The notes below the pieces were generated by a model. That model saw only the letters and a program-made list of their open reading frames with translations, had not been told where the DNA came from and did not search any database. Shown piece after piece: positions 41,130 to 55,975 of a stretch of 64,000 nt of DNA (position 1 is the stretch's first letter; each line of letters begins with the position of its first letter). Source of the stretch: Eledone cirrhosa. Lineage: Eukaryota. Location: the NCBI GenBank assembly GCA_964016885.1, contig OZ024750.1, forward strand, positions 45,694,001 to 45,758,000, written 5' to 3'. Position numbers and translations under genes: made by a program.

Positions 41130-41520
41130 TACGCGATGGGGCCCACTCCCAGCCCCGGCGGACAGAATGGAGAAGGCGTTTCCCCAGGGGAGGCAAGGCA
41201 GACGCGCTGGAAAAGCCACTCCAACTCGCGGGGCTCACACCTGCGGCTGGGCAGCTCAGCGCCTATGGTGGTGAGTAAGGAGGTAGCCCTGGGGCCGAGG
41301 ACACCAGAAGTCCCCACAGCCAGGGGTACGACCGCAAACCTGTCGGAGAGGGAGCGGTATTTGATGATGTTGGCCTCCTCAACCCGACGTGGTGTAGAAC
41401 CTGGGTCAGTCGCAGACTGCACCAGGTTGCCGCTGCAGAAAGTGTCGGTGCAAGTGGCATCCCAGACGAGGGGTTTGCCACCGCGGAACGGGAAGATGGT
41501 CATGCCATTTGCATCGTGTG
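41130..41520 (-). pseudogene. CRE-like non-LTR retrotransposon C-terminal restriction-like endonuclease fragment
   Basis: GMTIFPFRGGKPLVWDATCTDT...KYRSL...PLAVGTSGVLG...LFQRV fits the RPDG..PW..G...WD.T..DT...K..KY...P.A.ET.G pattern. Confidence 0.7.
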
Positions 41521-41568
41521 AATAAGACTTCATAATTCCGTATACTTCTCTCTCTCTCTCTCACTTGC

Positions 41569-41659
<91 letters not shown>

Positions 41660-41862
41660 ATAAATTATTATATACTTTATGAACATTATAAAACTCGTTT
41701 TTAAAAGAATTGTCCCTCTCATTTTTTCAATAATGTCACTTTGACGAATCAATGAAAAGCGAAAAAAAAGAAAAACAGACCCTTAAATGTATTTTCCCTG
41801 CTATTTATAATCTCTCCTTTTCTCTATTACCACTGTTTTGTATGGAATCTTACTTCCCTTTT

Positions 41863-41908
<46 letters not shown>

Positions 41909-43049
41909 TTAATTAAAGTAGAGGATCTGCCGCGAGCTCCGCGGCTTCGGCCAGCTACATATATGTATATGTGTGTATGCGCGTATGTGTGAGTGAATAT
42001 ACATACATATATACATATATCCATATATATATATATCAAGAGAGAGAAAGATAGAGAAAGAATCGTTGAAATTCTTCACAGTTAAATTGGTAAATGTAAC
42101 ATATACCATTTAGAAATCCTTATGAAACAGTGGGAAAACTTGAAAATTGCAACGTATTCGATTCCTTCAAACAATTGTAAAGATAATTGGATAAAATACC
42201 TCTGATGACGTGGAAAAAGCTGGACAGGCGAGTCTGTACTGAATCGAACACGGCATCTCTTGATGTCAGTGGAGTTTTATAATTCAATATGATTTCAATT
42301 GACTGCAAAATTGTTGGCTAGTTTCCCAGTACTGAATATAGCTGTGAAGCATGTTCCAACTAAACACTGCCTCAAGATATATAGCCTGTACAAACGATCA
42401 TAGCCATAGATAAGTACATAAATCCTTCATTTTATATAAAATGTTAAAAGGCAGCGATTAGTTAATGTATTTCTAAAGTACATGAAACATTTTTCACTTA
42501 GTAATATGTACGGTATATATTATTTGATATTTTATATATATTCAACATTTTATCGTTTATTTGGCAGTGTTGTCCGAGTATTCGATAAATTAGATTGCCT
42601 TGCAATATTCGATCAGGTTCTGCACGTTTTGTATTCAAATCAATGTTTATTTTATCATTTCGAAGTCAATAAATAAGGTAGCGTTCGGGTACTGTGATAG
42701 ATTCGCCTTCACATTTTACCCTTTTTTTCTATCACCATTTTTTCTATCTCTCACCTGTCTCTCTCTTTCTAAAAGAAGAAGAAGAAGAAGAGGAAGTTTA
42801 TCAACAAAAATAATAACAACAACAACAATTCGCTTGTCGTTTGTCTTTGCGAGGAATGGTCATGGGTTTATTGAGAGTGGCGGCAATTGTGCAGAGGATA
42901 TCAGTTGTCTGTCGGATAAACCATTTTGGGTTATACACCCCGCTTCTTCTTCTTCTTCTAATCCACTTATTTCTGAGAGGGGAGGATTCCTCAAACATTC
43001 CTTCCAGAGTCTCCTGTCAGAAGCATACGTCTCCAACTGATCCGGCTGG

Positions 43050-43213
43050 GAAAGTCGGTTAAATCGACCCCAGCACTTACTGGAGCTTTATTCTATCGAC
43101 CCCGTAAGGATGAAAGGCAAATGTAACCTCAGCGGGATTTGAACTCAGAACGTAAAAGGCCATAACTCTGCTCTCGAACCTGGGTGTCCAACGCTCTAGC
43201 GATACTGCCAATC
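43050..43213 (-). mobile_element. SINE
   Basis: ATCGACCCCGTAAGGATGAAAGGC...GGGATTTGAACTCAGAACG...ACTGCCAAT. Confidence 0.7.
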
Positions 43214-44679
43214 CACCATCTAACTTCTACCATCCTAGATTGGTCAGACATGAATAATTGTAGTCTTTGCCAGGAATGAAAAGTCCGTGACATGTCGTAT
43301 GTCATGATGTTGCCACCATTAATCCACGAGATTGAAAGCTACATGAATAAAGGAATCATAATCACGAAATTAACTTTATGTAACTCCGATCATCATGAGA
43401 TATGATAACAAAATAATCTACAAGATTTTAAATCGTAGCCACCATGTTTTTTGAAGCAGACACTGAAATAAACAATCGTGGCAAAAGAAAGAATCTCTAC
43501 CATCATCGCTCTCATCCCAACTCTTCCGTAATTAAATGAAGATAATCATCGTCACTTAATTTAATTTTCTGGTAATACTTGTAGAAAATCCCAATCTAAT
43601 AATATTTCTAAAGTCTCATTTCATAACAATGTTTCCATCCTAGATAATTCATTATTTCCTCTTTCCATCCGCCTTCCATTCTGAACACCCATTATTTTAT
43701 CCAAGCTCCATAATAACTTCCAGCTCTACAATAACTTGATTCTTCATTAATATTTTCCATGTATTTCGATTAAGCATTTTCTAAAGAATGTCTTGATAGT
43801 TATATGTTAATCGGCCTTATGTATTCTATTGATATCTTCAAATATTTGTGTGCACTACAGTTTTGAAGTTTGATTTCCTAACTTATAAGCCAATTAATAT
43901 GTCTCCTATTGACGAGCATGTTGAAAGATGGCGGTGACGATGATTGTGAATATGGTGATGGTGGTGTTGGCGGTGTTAGTGGTATTGGTGGTGGTGGTGG
44001 TTTAGTTTGGTTTGATAATAATGGTGGAAAAGAAGAAAAACATTGAAAATATTCACAAACAAACATGAAACTTAATATAGGGCAATGGCGTCCAAACAGC
44101 GCTCTATTGAATGTGTGTTGCGTGTTCAGATTAAATTCTCATCATTTCTTCATTGGTCGGCGCAATCAAGTGACATGAACGAACATTTTCAGCGACGAAA
44201 CGATGAGTAAGAAAAATTAATATCTGAACGGAAATGAATAACCATCAAACTAAAAGCTGTCCATTTTATCGAATCGAGGTGGATTGGCGTTAACAGTGAA
44301 CTTATGACCAACTTCCTCTTTGCTGCTTCCTGAAATTACAAGAATTACTAAAAGTATGGTAGTTTCATAAATATTGATTCAAATGAAGAATGCAAAGGAA
44401 AAATGTCGCTCTATAGTTTACACATTTACAGCATGGCTCATGGAAATATTTTAAACATAAAATGTATGGAAGCACGCCAATGCTGTAGGAGAAGAAAAAA
44501 ACATAATTAGCTATGATGATAGTAATCTTACAGATAAAATGTTTTCATTATTGTATATATTGCGTGTATGTAGCCATGTAACGCCTTCATTGAAAATAGT
44601 GTTTGTAAGAATACTTTTAAGACACTTACAGAAAATACATCCGTACAGAGCATAATAACATCTCTATGTAAACACGATA

Positions 44680-45089
44680 TGAGTTTGTATGTGTGTGTAT
44701 GTCTATGAGTGTGTGTGTGTGTGTTTATGCGTGTGTGTAAGTATTTGTATAAGTGAGTATGTATAAATGAATGTGTGTTTTCGTGTATGTGTATGAGTGT
44801 ATATGTGAGTGTATGTGTGTGTATGTGTGCGCGTGTGTGTGTGTGTTTATGCGTGTTTGTAAGTATTTGTATAAGTGAGTATGTATAAATGAATATGTGT
44901 GTTTTCGTGTATGTGTATGAGTGTGTATGTGCGTGTGTCAGTGCATGTGTGTGTGTGTGTGTGTGTGTTTATGCGTGTTTGTAAGTATTTGTGTAAGTGA
45001 GTATGTATAAGTGAGTATGTATAAATGAATATGTGTGTTTTCGTGTATGTGTATGAGTGTGTATGTGCGTGTGTGAGTGTATGTGTGTG

Positions 45090-45132
<43 letters not shown>

Positions 45133-45200
45133 TTATGCGTGTGTGTAAGTATTTGTGTAAGTGAGTATGTATAAATGAATATGTGTTTTCGTGTATGTGA
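44680..45200. repeat. (GT)-rich minisatellite with GTAAGTGAGTATGTATAAATGAAT anchors
   Basis: Four recurrences. Confidence 0.85.
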
Positions 45201-45617
45201 AATTAAATGGTCTATCATGAAATGTTATAAACTGTTTTATAGTATTGACTCCATCTTAACACCTAGAATATTTAAAGTAGAGGCGGATTTTTGAGAAATA
45301 TATAATCCATATAAACTGTATCAGTAATTATTAATACTTCACACAAAACATCATTTATGTGTTTAGTCAAAACAGACTAATAAAATACATACATGCATAA
45401 TTAAAATAAGATCGATTAATGAAAATAAGACTTGGACAGATTTTACTGGAAATACCAACAGGTAGGAGACACAGGGGTAGGCCCCGAGAAAAATGGTTGG
45501 ATAACATCCATGAGCTTGACTGGTCACGCTCGGGGATCCAGCTGGATCAGGTGGTGACTGTTGCGTCTGATAGGACCCGTTAAAAGGAGTGTTTGAGGGC
45601 TCTGCCATTCGTCAGAA

Positions 45618-45964
45618 ACAGTATATATGTATGGCATTTACCTTGTTCCTATCATCCGCCTGTCGGAACCACTGATATAAGGAGTCACAGTATATATGTA
45701 TGGCAGTTACCTTGTTCCTATCATCCGCCTGTCGGAACCATTGATATAAGGAGTCACAGTATATATGTATGGCAGTTACCTTGTTCGTATCATCCGCCTG
45801 TCGGAACCACTGATATAAGGAGTCACAGTATATATGTATGGCATTTACCTTGTTCCTATCATCCGCCTGTCGGAACCACTGATATAAGGAGTCACAGTAT
45901 ATATGTATGGCATTTACCTTGTTCCTATCATCCGCCTGTCGGAACCATTGATATAAGGAGTCAC
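45618..45964. repeat. 69-bp minisatellite, 5 copies
   Basis: Unit ACAGTATATATGTATGGCATTTACCTTGTTCCTATCATCCGCCTGTCGGAACCACTGATATAAGGAGTC at 45618, 45687, 45756, 45825, 45894. Confidence 0.95.
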
Positions 45965-46109
45965 GTGAAATAGAGTAATTTGCTCAAGAATATGACGCGT
46001 CATCCGGTTCCGGAATTGAACATAAAAACTTCTATATGAAATAGTAATACATGCATACATACACACACACAGACATATATATATATATATATATATACAT
46101 GGTTATATA

Positions 46110-46180
<71 letters not shown>

Positions 46181-46195
46181 GTATGTATGTGTATA

Positions 46196-46819
46196 TGATA
46201 ACTGCCAATTATTTTCTGAAGATGGGCCTAATCTTCAACGAATTCCCTGCTATTATGGACCAACGCCAATTGCAAGCTGCTGGTCAGTTTGATGACTGAA
46301 CAGGCTTTGTTCAGGTCACCGTTTCTAGACCCTTTCCATGAGATATGCGTGACCAGTGCATCCCGAAAAAGGGCTGCTCAGACACCAGGAGAAGATATGA
46401 GCCGACAACGTGCAGATGTGTAACTATGTGCTTCTAATTGGTGGACACTACACGCAAGACCACTTCACCCCCACCGTAGGTCTTGTGAACATATATCTGC
46501 CTATACAATGCTACGTGCTTGTGCTACACGCATGGTACCCATTACCTACTCGCAGCCATATATCTAATGACAAGCATGGGTTACTGTCATCTCCAGGGGC
46601 TGTAGCCGCATGCACCACGCTTGCCCAATTACAGGTAAATGAGGTTATTTGATTCGTAGTTGGAGTGGATGGCCGTTCATCTGCGGAATTCATCCAGCCC
46701 TTCACAGCTCTTGTATTTGTGGTGTTGGATTTCCAGTTACCCTCCTCGGCAGACCATTGTTTGGATCACCGACCTTCCGACCATAAGACATGTCTGGCCA
46801 GGCTTCTGTCATCTCTGGT

Positions 46820-46823
<4 letters not shown>
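46196..46823 (-). mobile_element. ~628-bp TG...CA element, apparent distant relative of the 610-bp family
   Basis: Minus strand has ACATGTCTTATGGTCGG, GAGGAGGGTAACTGGAAATCC and the terminus GAAAATAATTGGCAGTTATCA, each matching motifs of the 610-bp family in the same order. Confidence 0.5.
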
Positions 46824-46860
<37 letters not shown>

Positions 46861-46864
<4 letters not shown>

Positions 46865-47082
46865 ATAATAATAAATTTGAAGACTAACATCCAAAGAGGG
46901 CTCGATCAGGATAAATATATATCAAATATATAAGAACCGTAGAGCAAATATTTATTAAAATAACAGATTAAAGTTTAAGCAAGGAATCGCTGCTTTCACC
47001 CTTAACGGATTTTCTGACGATCCCGTTAAGGGTGAAATCACCGATTCTTTGCTTAAACTTTAATCTCTTATTTTAATAAATA
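46861..47082 (-). mobile_element. Fold-back element whose axis lies at a hammerhead-like core
   Basis: Arms ~46948-47009 / 47022-47082. CTGACGA-TCCC(gttaa)GGGT-GAAA at 47014-47037. ~85-bp tail on the left. Confidence 0.7.
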
Positions 47083-47091
47083 TATATATAA

Positions 47092-47400
<309 letters not shown>

Positions 47401-47417
47401 TTATACACACACACACC

Positions 47418-47517
<100 letters not shown>

Positions 47518-48033
47518 AAAGAATAGAGGTGTAACACACAAGTTATTATATATTGGTAAACGGAATAGAAAATGCTGACAAATTGTTCACAGTTGAAAAA
47601 TGGTTTAATTAGGAATAAAAGAGTATTAGTGATTGTATGGGTTAGTATTCAGTTGTGGTTTTAAGTTTTTAAGTTTTTACCGGTTGCGCATTTCTAAATG
47701 CTTTTCAAAAATAATTCTGAGATAGAGTGTCCGTGCTGTTTGCTCTGATCTGATTAGTTTTGGGAATTCTACCTGTTTTTATGTTAAAAAAATGGCTCCA
47801 GCGTTATTTTTGTGTTGCAAAAATGCTTGTGGTCAAAACAATTTTGATTGGTCGGTAGAGGTCATGTGAATGTAAAAAGTTGATTTTGCGCCAAGACTGT
47901 TTTTATGTTAAAATGTTAGAAAAGTGGCTCCAGCAAAAATTATTGGTCAAAACAATTTTGATTGGTCGGTAGAGGTCATGTGGATAAAAAATTGGTTTTG
48001 CGCCAAGATTGAGAAATGACTCTTTCACAACAA

Positions 48034-48091
<58 letters not shown>

Positions 48092-48692
48092 TAGTAGTAG
48101 TAGTAAGGTGTTCGATGCTGCGACAATAGCCACCAGCGATGTGTGTCAAATGGCTATTAAGATAAGTGTGTGTGTGTGTGTGTGTGCGTACATACACACA
48201 GCAGAGTCATTCGAAGGTCAAAAGATATTTTTCAGCTTTTGTCTTATACGGAGAAGTGCGTGCGTGTGTGTGTGTGTGTGTGTATAAGTCTCTTTGTATG
48301 TTGATGTACGCGTGTGTATGTGTCTGTGTATATATGTGTGTGTGTGTGCGAGTGTGGGTGGACCAGTATTTTTTTCCCCCTGGTAAAATGGTGTACATTA
48401 TTCGATTTTTTCAGTAAAATCGGTTCTCTTAATAGAACATCAACAATCTTAACAATAAAAGGTGTGAAATGATATTCACTATATATATACACACACACAC
48501 ACACACACATATATATTTTCACTACATATATATATATATATATACACACACACATACATATATATGCACATATATTTTTTTGTATTGCACCATAGAGCAT
48601 GTGTGTTTACGTGTGTCATTGTGTTTATATGTGGGTAGAGATGTGTGCTGATGTAGGTATGTATGTTGACGTGTGTATGTTGTGGGTTCGTC

Positions 48693-49092
48693 TTAGGGAG
48701 AAGTGTTTAGACGGGGTCCGTATTTGTTAATGAAGTAAGATTCCTTGCTGATGCGCTGGGTGTGGGTGGCATTATCTTTAAATTTGTAGAGGGGAAAGAT
48801 TCTGAAGTTGGGATGATTTTGGGCGGCACAGGTATCAATGTGTTCACTCAGTGGTATTTTCCTGTATTCCCGTATTTTAATTTGGGATCTATGAACAGTC
48901 ATGCGTTGGCGGAGGCTGTTTTTGGTCTGGCCTATGTATTGTTCTCGACAACCTGAACAAGTTAATACATATATTAAATTTTCCGATGCACATGTGAAAT
49001 TGTGTTTTACTATAAAACGTTGTCCATCTTTGAAATAGAATTCCGAACCCTCTATTAGGTTGATGCAAATGCCACAGTTGGGTCTATCGCAT
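48693..49092 (-). pseudogene. PLE Cys linker + GIY-YIG endonuclease, frameshifted from the RT ORF by one base
   Basis: Removing one base from the T8 run at 49092-49099 gives ...VKKCDRPNCGIC...NLIYVLTCSGCREQYIGQTKNSLRQRMTVHRSQI...RISKESYFINKYGPRLN. Confidence 0.85.
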
Positions 49093-50838
49093 TTTTTTTA
49101 CTGTGGGTTTCGTTGTGGTTGGCAGTACTTTGGCATGTGTTAAGATGTTTTTCATTGACTTGGATTGTCTTTTGCTCTTTATGATATCGTGTGTTCGTAG
49201 AATTTGGTTCATTCTATGGTCCTTTTTCAATACAAGGATGTTCTGGAGGATGGTGTCAAAGGCCTCATTGTTGAGGGGGTTGTGTGTGGAGATGTATGGA
49301 AGAGCTTTTAGTTTTGGTTGATTTACTTTAGGGTGTCTAAGGTCCTGGGTACTGAGTTTTAGGGCACGTTGGATTCCATTGTCAATTAGTGATGCAGGGT
49401 AGTCCCTGCCTATGAGTGTGTCCTTTAGTTCTTGTAGCCGTAAGTAGCAGATGTTTTTATTGGAGACTATAGTACAGATTCTCTTGGCTAAGTTGTAGGG
49501 AATATTAATTTTAACGTGTCTAGGGTGGCAAGAGTTGAAGGGGAGGTATTGCTTGGAGTCTGTGGGCTTGTAGTATATGTCTGTTTCTATTTTTTTGTTA
49601 TGGATCTTAATGAGGATGTCGAGGAAGGGGAGTTGTTGATGGCTGTATTCCATCGTGAACTTAATATTTGTGTTGAGCCCATTTATAAGGGTGTGAAATT
49701 CTTTAAGTTTTTCGATGTTTTCGTGCCAAAGGATGAAGCAGTCATCTAGATATCGCTTCCAGTTCCTTTCAATGTGTAAGTGGAGGGTGTTTCCAAATTT
49801 GTTTAGGACTTTAGTGTAGAGGGTGATTTCCAGGTATCCCATGACTAGGTTGGCATAAGTGGGGGCTGTTTTCGTTCCCATAGCGGTCCCAGATTTCTGC
49901 CTGTAGGGTTTGTTATTGAAAACGAAGTAATTGTTCTCCAAGATAAATTTGAGTCCCTCTATCACGAATTCTTTTTTGATGCGTTGTGGGAGTTCATTGT
50001 GGAAGTTATCCAGCCAGAATTGGATAGCTTCTATTCCTAGGTTGTGGGGGATGTTGGAGTATAGGTTGACTACATCGAACGTCACTAGTAGGGTTTGTTC
50101 AGAAAGTGGCATATTAGGGAGGTGATTGAGCATATCTAGGTCGTCCCTTATATAGCTTTTGATGTGCTTGAGGAAGGGTTTGAGAAGGGTATCAATGAAG
50201 TTGCTAAGACGGTGCGTTTCGCAAGCGGGGCCTGCTATTATAGGTCTTAATTTGAGATCATTGGGTGAGGGGACATTGATGACTATGTCTGTGGCTTCCT
50301 TGCATGCCTTACTGATTGATTCGCTTTTATGTACTTTAGGGATACCGTAGAAAAGGCTGGATTTACTTGTGAAGTCTGTGATGAAGCTGAATTCCTTGTT
50401 AGTGAGTCCTTCTTTGTATTGGTTGATTAGAGTTTTTAGGTTTCTCATAATTTTCTGTTGATTGTAGTGTTCAGCCTTTTCGTAGTATGTTTCGTTTTCC
50501 AAAGTGGAGAGCGCTAAGTTGATATAGAATTCTGTCTCCATTAGGACTACTGTACTCCCTTTATCAGCCTCTTTAATTGTAATGGTTCTGTCGGTTTTTA
50601 ATCTATTTAATTCTTCCCATTCTTTCTTGTTGAGGTTTGGCTTGTGTTTTTGTCTGTGCAAGTGTTGGTAAGGGAAGTTTGTGATGTGTTCACAGAATTC
50701 GTCCAGGATTTTATTTCTACCTTTTGAAGGGGTGTAATTGCTTCTATTTCTGGCTAATGATTCATCCTCATTGTACTGGTCGAATAGTTGTTCACTAAGT
50801 CGTAACTTTCTACAGAAGTCTGTGATGTCTTCCTTCAT
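49084..50838 (-). CDS. PLE reverse transcriptase (homology continues upstream to ~50940)
   Basis: IKEADKGSTVV, FYGIPKVHK, LRPIIAG, LVTFDVVNLYSNIP, GTAMGTKTAPTYANLVMG, WKRYLDDCF, LPFLD. The upstream in-frame sequence reads IINL...LLSKGLKFTPTP. Confidence 0.92.
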   Translation of the reverse strand: MKEDITDFCRKLRLSEQLFDQYNEDESLARNRSNYTPSKGRNKILDEFCEHITNFPYQHLHRQKHKPNLNKKEWEELNRLKTDRTITIKEADKGSTVVLMETEFYINLALSTLENETYYEKAEHYNQQKIMRNLKTLINQYKEGLTNKEFSFITDFTSKSSLFYGIPKVHKSESISKACKEATDIVINVPSPNDLKLRPIIAGPACETHRLSNFIDTLLKPFLKHIKSYIRDDLDMLNHLPNMPLSEQTLLVTFDVVNLYSNIPHNLGIEAIQFWLDNFHNELPQRIKKEFVIEGLKFILENNYFVFNNKPYRQKSGTAMGTKTAPTYANLVMGYLEITLYTKVLNKFGNTLHLHIERNWKRYLDDCFILWHENIEKLKEFHTLINGLNTNIKFTMEYSHQQLPFLDILIKIHNKKIETDIYYKPTDSKQYLPFNSCHPRHVKINIPYNLAKRICTIVSNKNICYLRLQELKDTLIGRDYPASLIDNGIQRALKLSTQDLRHPKVNQPKLKALPYISTHNPLNNEAFDTILQNILVLKKDHRMNQILRTHDIIKSKRQSKSMKNILTHAKVLPTTTKPTVKKMR

Positions 50839-52211
50839 TTCATAGTAGTTAGGACGTAGTGGGGTCGGTGTGAATTTAAGACCTTTGGAGAGTAAGTTGA
50901 TAAGGTTGGATGTTGGTTCTGCACTAGTAAGATTGATAATTTTTATTACTATCGGTTTCTCCTCCCTGTCTTGTGTTATTTTGTTTTCCTGTATCTGTGT
51001 GCTGTGTCTAAAAAATGGTTGGGGTAGAGGGGTTGTCTGCTGATGTTAAGTGGTCTCCTGTGTTTGTTATATTCCTTGTTGTTGTAAAATGTGGTTCGGG
51101 TTGGTGGTTGTTGATTGAATGGGGTGTTCCTGTAATGCGAGTATGGGTGTGTGTTTCTATGTGCCATGTTGTATTGTGGTGTTATAAGTGGCCTACGTTG
51201 TTGGTTGTATCGTGTGGTGTGGGTTTGTTGTGTATTGTGGAAGTGAGAGTTGAGAAAATGGTAATTACCTTGCTGTCCCCTTGAGGCGGGGAAGTTGTTG
51301 CATCTATCATGGCGGTGGTATCTTTTCCCTATATTTGACGATCAGGAATCCGCGTAGTAGTTGAGTGATTTGGTATGGTGTCTCCTTGAAGGGGGAAAGT
51401 TGTAAATGTCATTCTGGGGGAGATGATTTCTTGGGTTTTTGTTCCTTCTTATGGTAGCGAGGTTGGGAAGTTCATCTTCGGTGTGGTGCTTCCTTCTTCG
51501 TTTGTTCCCAAATTAAAATACGGGAATACAGGAAAATACCACTGAGTGAACACATTGATACCTGTGCCGCCCAAAATCATCCCAACTTCAGAATCTTTCC
51601 CCTCTACAAATTTAAAGATAATGCCACCCACACCTAGCGCATCAGCAAGGAATCTTACTTCATTAACAAATACGGACCCCGTCTAAACACTTCTCCCTAA
51701 GACGAACCCACAACATACACACGTCAACATACATACCTACATCAGCACACATCTCTACCCACATATAAACACAATGACACACGTAAACACACATGCTCTA
51801 TGGCGCAATACAAAAAAATATATGTGCATATATATGTATGTGTGTGTGTATATATATATATATATGTAGTGAAAATATATATGTGTGTGTGTGTGTGTGT
51901 GTATATATATAGTGAATATCATTTCACACCTTTTATTGTTAAGATTGTTGATGTTCTATTAAGATATTGTTCTATTACTGAAAAAAATCGAATAATGTAC
52001 ACCATTTTACCAGGGGGAAAAAAATACGGGTCCACCCACACACGCACACACACACACACACATATATATACACAGACACATACACACGCGTACATCAACG
52101 TACAAAGAGACTTATACACACACACACACACACACACGCACGCACTTCTCCGTATAAGACAAAAGCTGAAAAATATCTTTTGACCTTCGAATGACTCTGC
52201 TGTGTGTATGT

Positions 52212-52253
<42 letters not shown>

Positions 52254-52816
52254 ATCTTAATAGCCATTTGACACACATCGCTGGTGGCTATTGTCGCAGC
52301 ATCGAACACCTTACTACTACTACTACACACACACACATATTTGTTGTGAAAGAGTCATTTCTCAATCTTGGCGCAAAACCAATTTGTTATCCACATGACC
52401 TCTACCGACCAATCAAAATTGTTTTGACCAATAATTTTTGCTGGAGCCACTTTTCTAACATTTTAACATAAAAACAGTCTTGGCGCAAAATCAACTTTTT
52501 ACATTCACATGACCTCTACCGACCAATCAAAATTGCTTTGACCACAAGCATTTTTGCAACACAAAAATAACGCTGGAGCCATTTTTTTAACATAAAAACA
52601 GGTAGAATTCCCAAAACTAATCAGATCAGAGCAACAGCACGGACACTCTATCTCAAAATTATTTTTGAAAAGCATTTAGAAATGCGCAACCGGTAAAAAC
52701 TTAAAAACTTATAACCACAACTGAATACTAACCCATACAATCACTAATACTCTTTTATTCCTAATTAAACCATTTTTCAACTGTGAACAATTTGTCAGCA
52801 TTTTCTATTCCGTTTA

Positions 52817-52942
<126 letters not shown>

Positions 52943-53048
52943 TGTATATATATATATATATATATGAATGTATATATATATATATATGAATGTATATATA
53001 TATATATATATATGAATGTATATATATATATATATATATGAATGTATA

Positions 53049-53153
<105 letters not shown>

Positions 53154-53237
53154 TCATATATATATATATATATATACATTCATATATATATATATATATA
53201 CATTCATATATATATATATATATACATTCATATATAT

Positions 53238-54434
53238 AACTTTGAATAACTTTGAATAACTTTGAAATGTTTTGGCCAGTATTGGCCCAGGCCATGTCTA
53301 ACTTAATAGCACCACCTGGCGAAGTCTTTCAATTCAGGATTTGGGCACCATGGCCCATTCGAGAAGAGAATTACTGTTTGCGGAGACATATCCGGGTGTG
53401 GGTGGTTTGTCCGGGATTACTTGGAGGAATTTGTCTAAAGACTTCTTGAATTTTGTGTGGTCAGTTTCTGTTTTGACGTGTCCTGGTGTGATGTTGAAGA
53501 GAGCAGGGCCGATTGAGGTGAAATAATTGTGCCGTATTGTTGTTATGAGTTGCGATTTAGATTTTTGTATGGGACGGATAGCACGGGGCCCAAGCCTTGG
53601 GTGTATCTTGTAGGCGATGCCAACATCATTTGAGCAGTGATGATGGAACATTTTCCACATCATGCAGATAATATAACGCTCACGGCGACGTTGGAGTGAG
53701 TAAAGTTTCAGGTTTTCTAGTCGACCCCAGTAGTCAAGGTCTGACATGCCATCTATCTTTTTCGTGATTATCCTTTGAGGAGCTTCAAGTTTCATGATAC
53801 TTTGTTTCGTGTGGGGAGACCACAGTGGACAACAGTATTCAAGGTGTGGTCGGGCAAAAGTAGAGAAGAGAAGGATAATGGTGTGGGAATCTCTCGACTG
53901 GAAGGTTCTGAGGATCCAGTAACACATTCTGCGGGCCATGTCAACTTTGCTGCTTATATGCGTGGCCCAGCTTATGTTGCTGTCCACGGTTACTCCCAAG
54001 TCTCTGATGTTGTTAGATGCCACGAGAGTTTCCCCGGAGGGAAGGGAGTACGGGAGTTTCAGAGCATCCTCTTTTCCAAAGTGGAGCAGTTCGAATTTGT
54101 CTTCGTTCAGTAACATGTTGTTCTTTTCCGCCCATTGGGTAACAGCCAGTAGGTCTGACTGAAGGGTTATCCGGTCATCCACGCCATTGATGACCTTTTG
54201 GAGCTTGGAATCATCAGCGAAAATTTTAATGTTGCTGTGTTTGATGATGTCAGTGATGTCATTAATATAGATGATGAAGAGAAGTGGGCCCAACACAGTG
54301 CCTTGTGGAACCCCACTACTGACTTTGGCTGGGCTGGATTTGACTCCTTCAACTACAACATGTTGGGTTCTGTTTGACAGGAAGCTCTTGATCCACTGCA
54401 GCAGCTTTCCAGTGACACCAATATTGGACAGCTT
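53238..54434 (-). mobile_element. 5'-truncated CR1-group LINE (RT C-terminal half, 3' UTR, 10-bp tandem tail)
   Basis: [57 protein letters not shown]. Tail (AACTTTGAAT)x3 at 53238-53267. Embedded in (TA)n/CATT repeats. Confidence 0.9.
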
Positions 54435-55537
<1,103 letters not shown>

Positions 55538-55674
55538 AAGTAAAAGGCATATTTAATTTGTTGGAAATTCAACAAATATAAATGTTTATAACTGATTCAG
55601 AGCACTCGACAGTTTTCTGGAGTAAATATTCAATGATATTAAATAAAAAGAAACTATATTTATAAAACTATATT

Positions 55675-55736
55675 TATTCTATTATATATATTTCAAGGGT
55701 ACCAAAAACTTAGGTACGCTTTCATCAGATACAATA
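55675..55736 (-). ncRNA. Type I hammerhead ribozyme motif
   Basis: Minus strand TATTGTAT-CTGATGA-AAGCGTACC(taagttttt)GGTACCCTT-GAAA-TATATA-TA-ATAGAATA; stems I and II each have one mismatch. Confidence 0.7.
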
Positions 55737-55881
55737 CAAAGTGTGTTTTATAAATTTTGACATAACCAAGGAAACATACCTTATCAGTTGAATTTTCCTT
55801 GCGTAGTCTACCCAAGGAAAATTCAACTGATAAAGTATGTTTCCTTGGCTATGTCAAAATTTATAAAACACACTTTGTATT
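55733..55881. repeat. ~70-bp-arm inverted repeat adjacent to the hammerhead
   Basis: AATACAAAGTGTG...TTCCTTG / CAAGGAAAATTC...CACTTTGTATT. Confidence 0.85.
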
Positions 55882-55916
55882 TTTTTAATTATTATTATTA
55901 TTATTATTATTAATAT

Positions 55917-55969
<53 letters not shown>

Positions 55970-55975
55970 GCTGTA

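Noticed and set aside
44080-44500. Host promoter or first exon (ATTGG box, GAGTAAG donor-like site)
   Set aside because: Short motifs expected by chance; no ORF or downstream exon identified.
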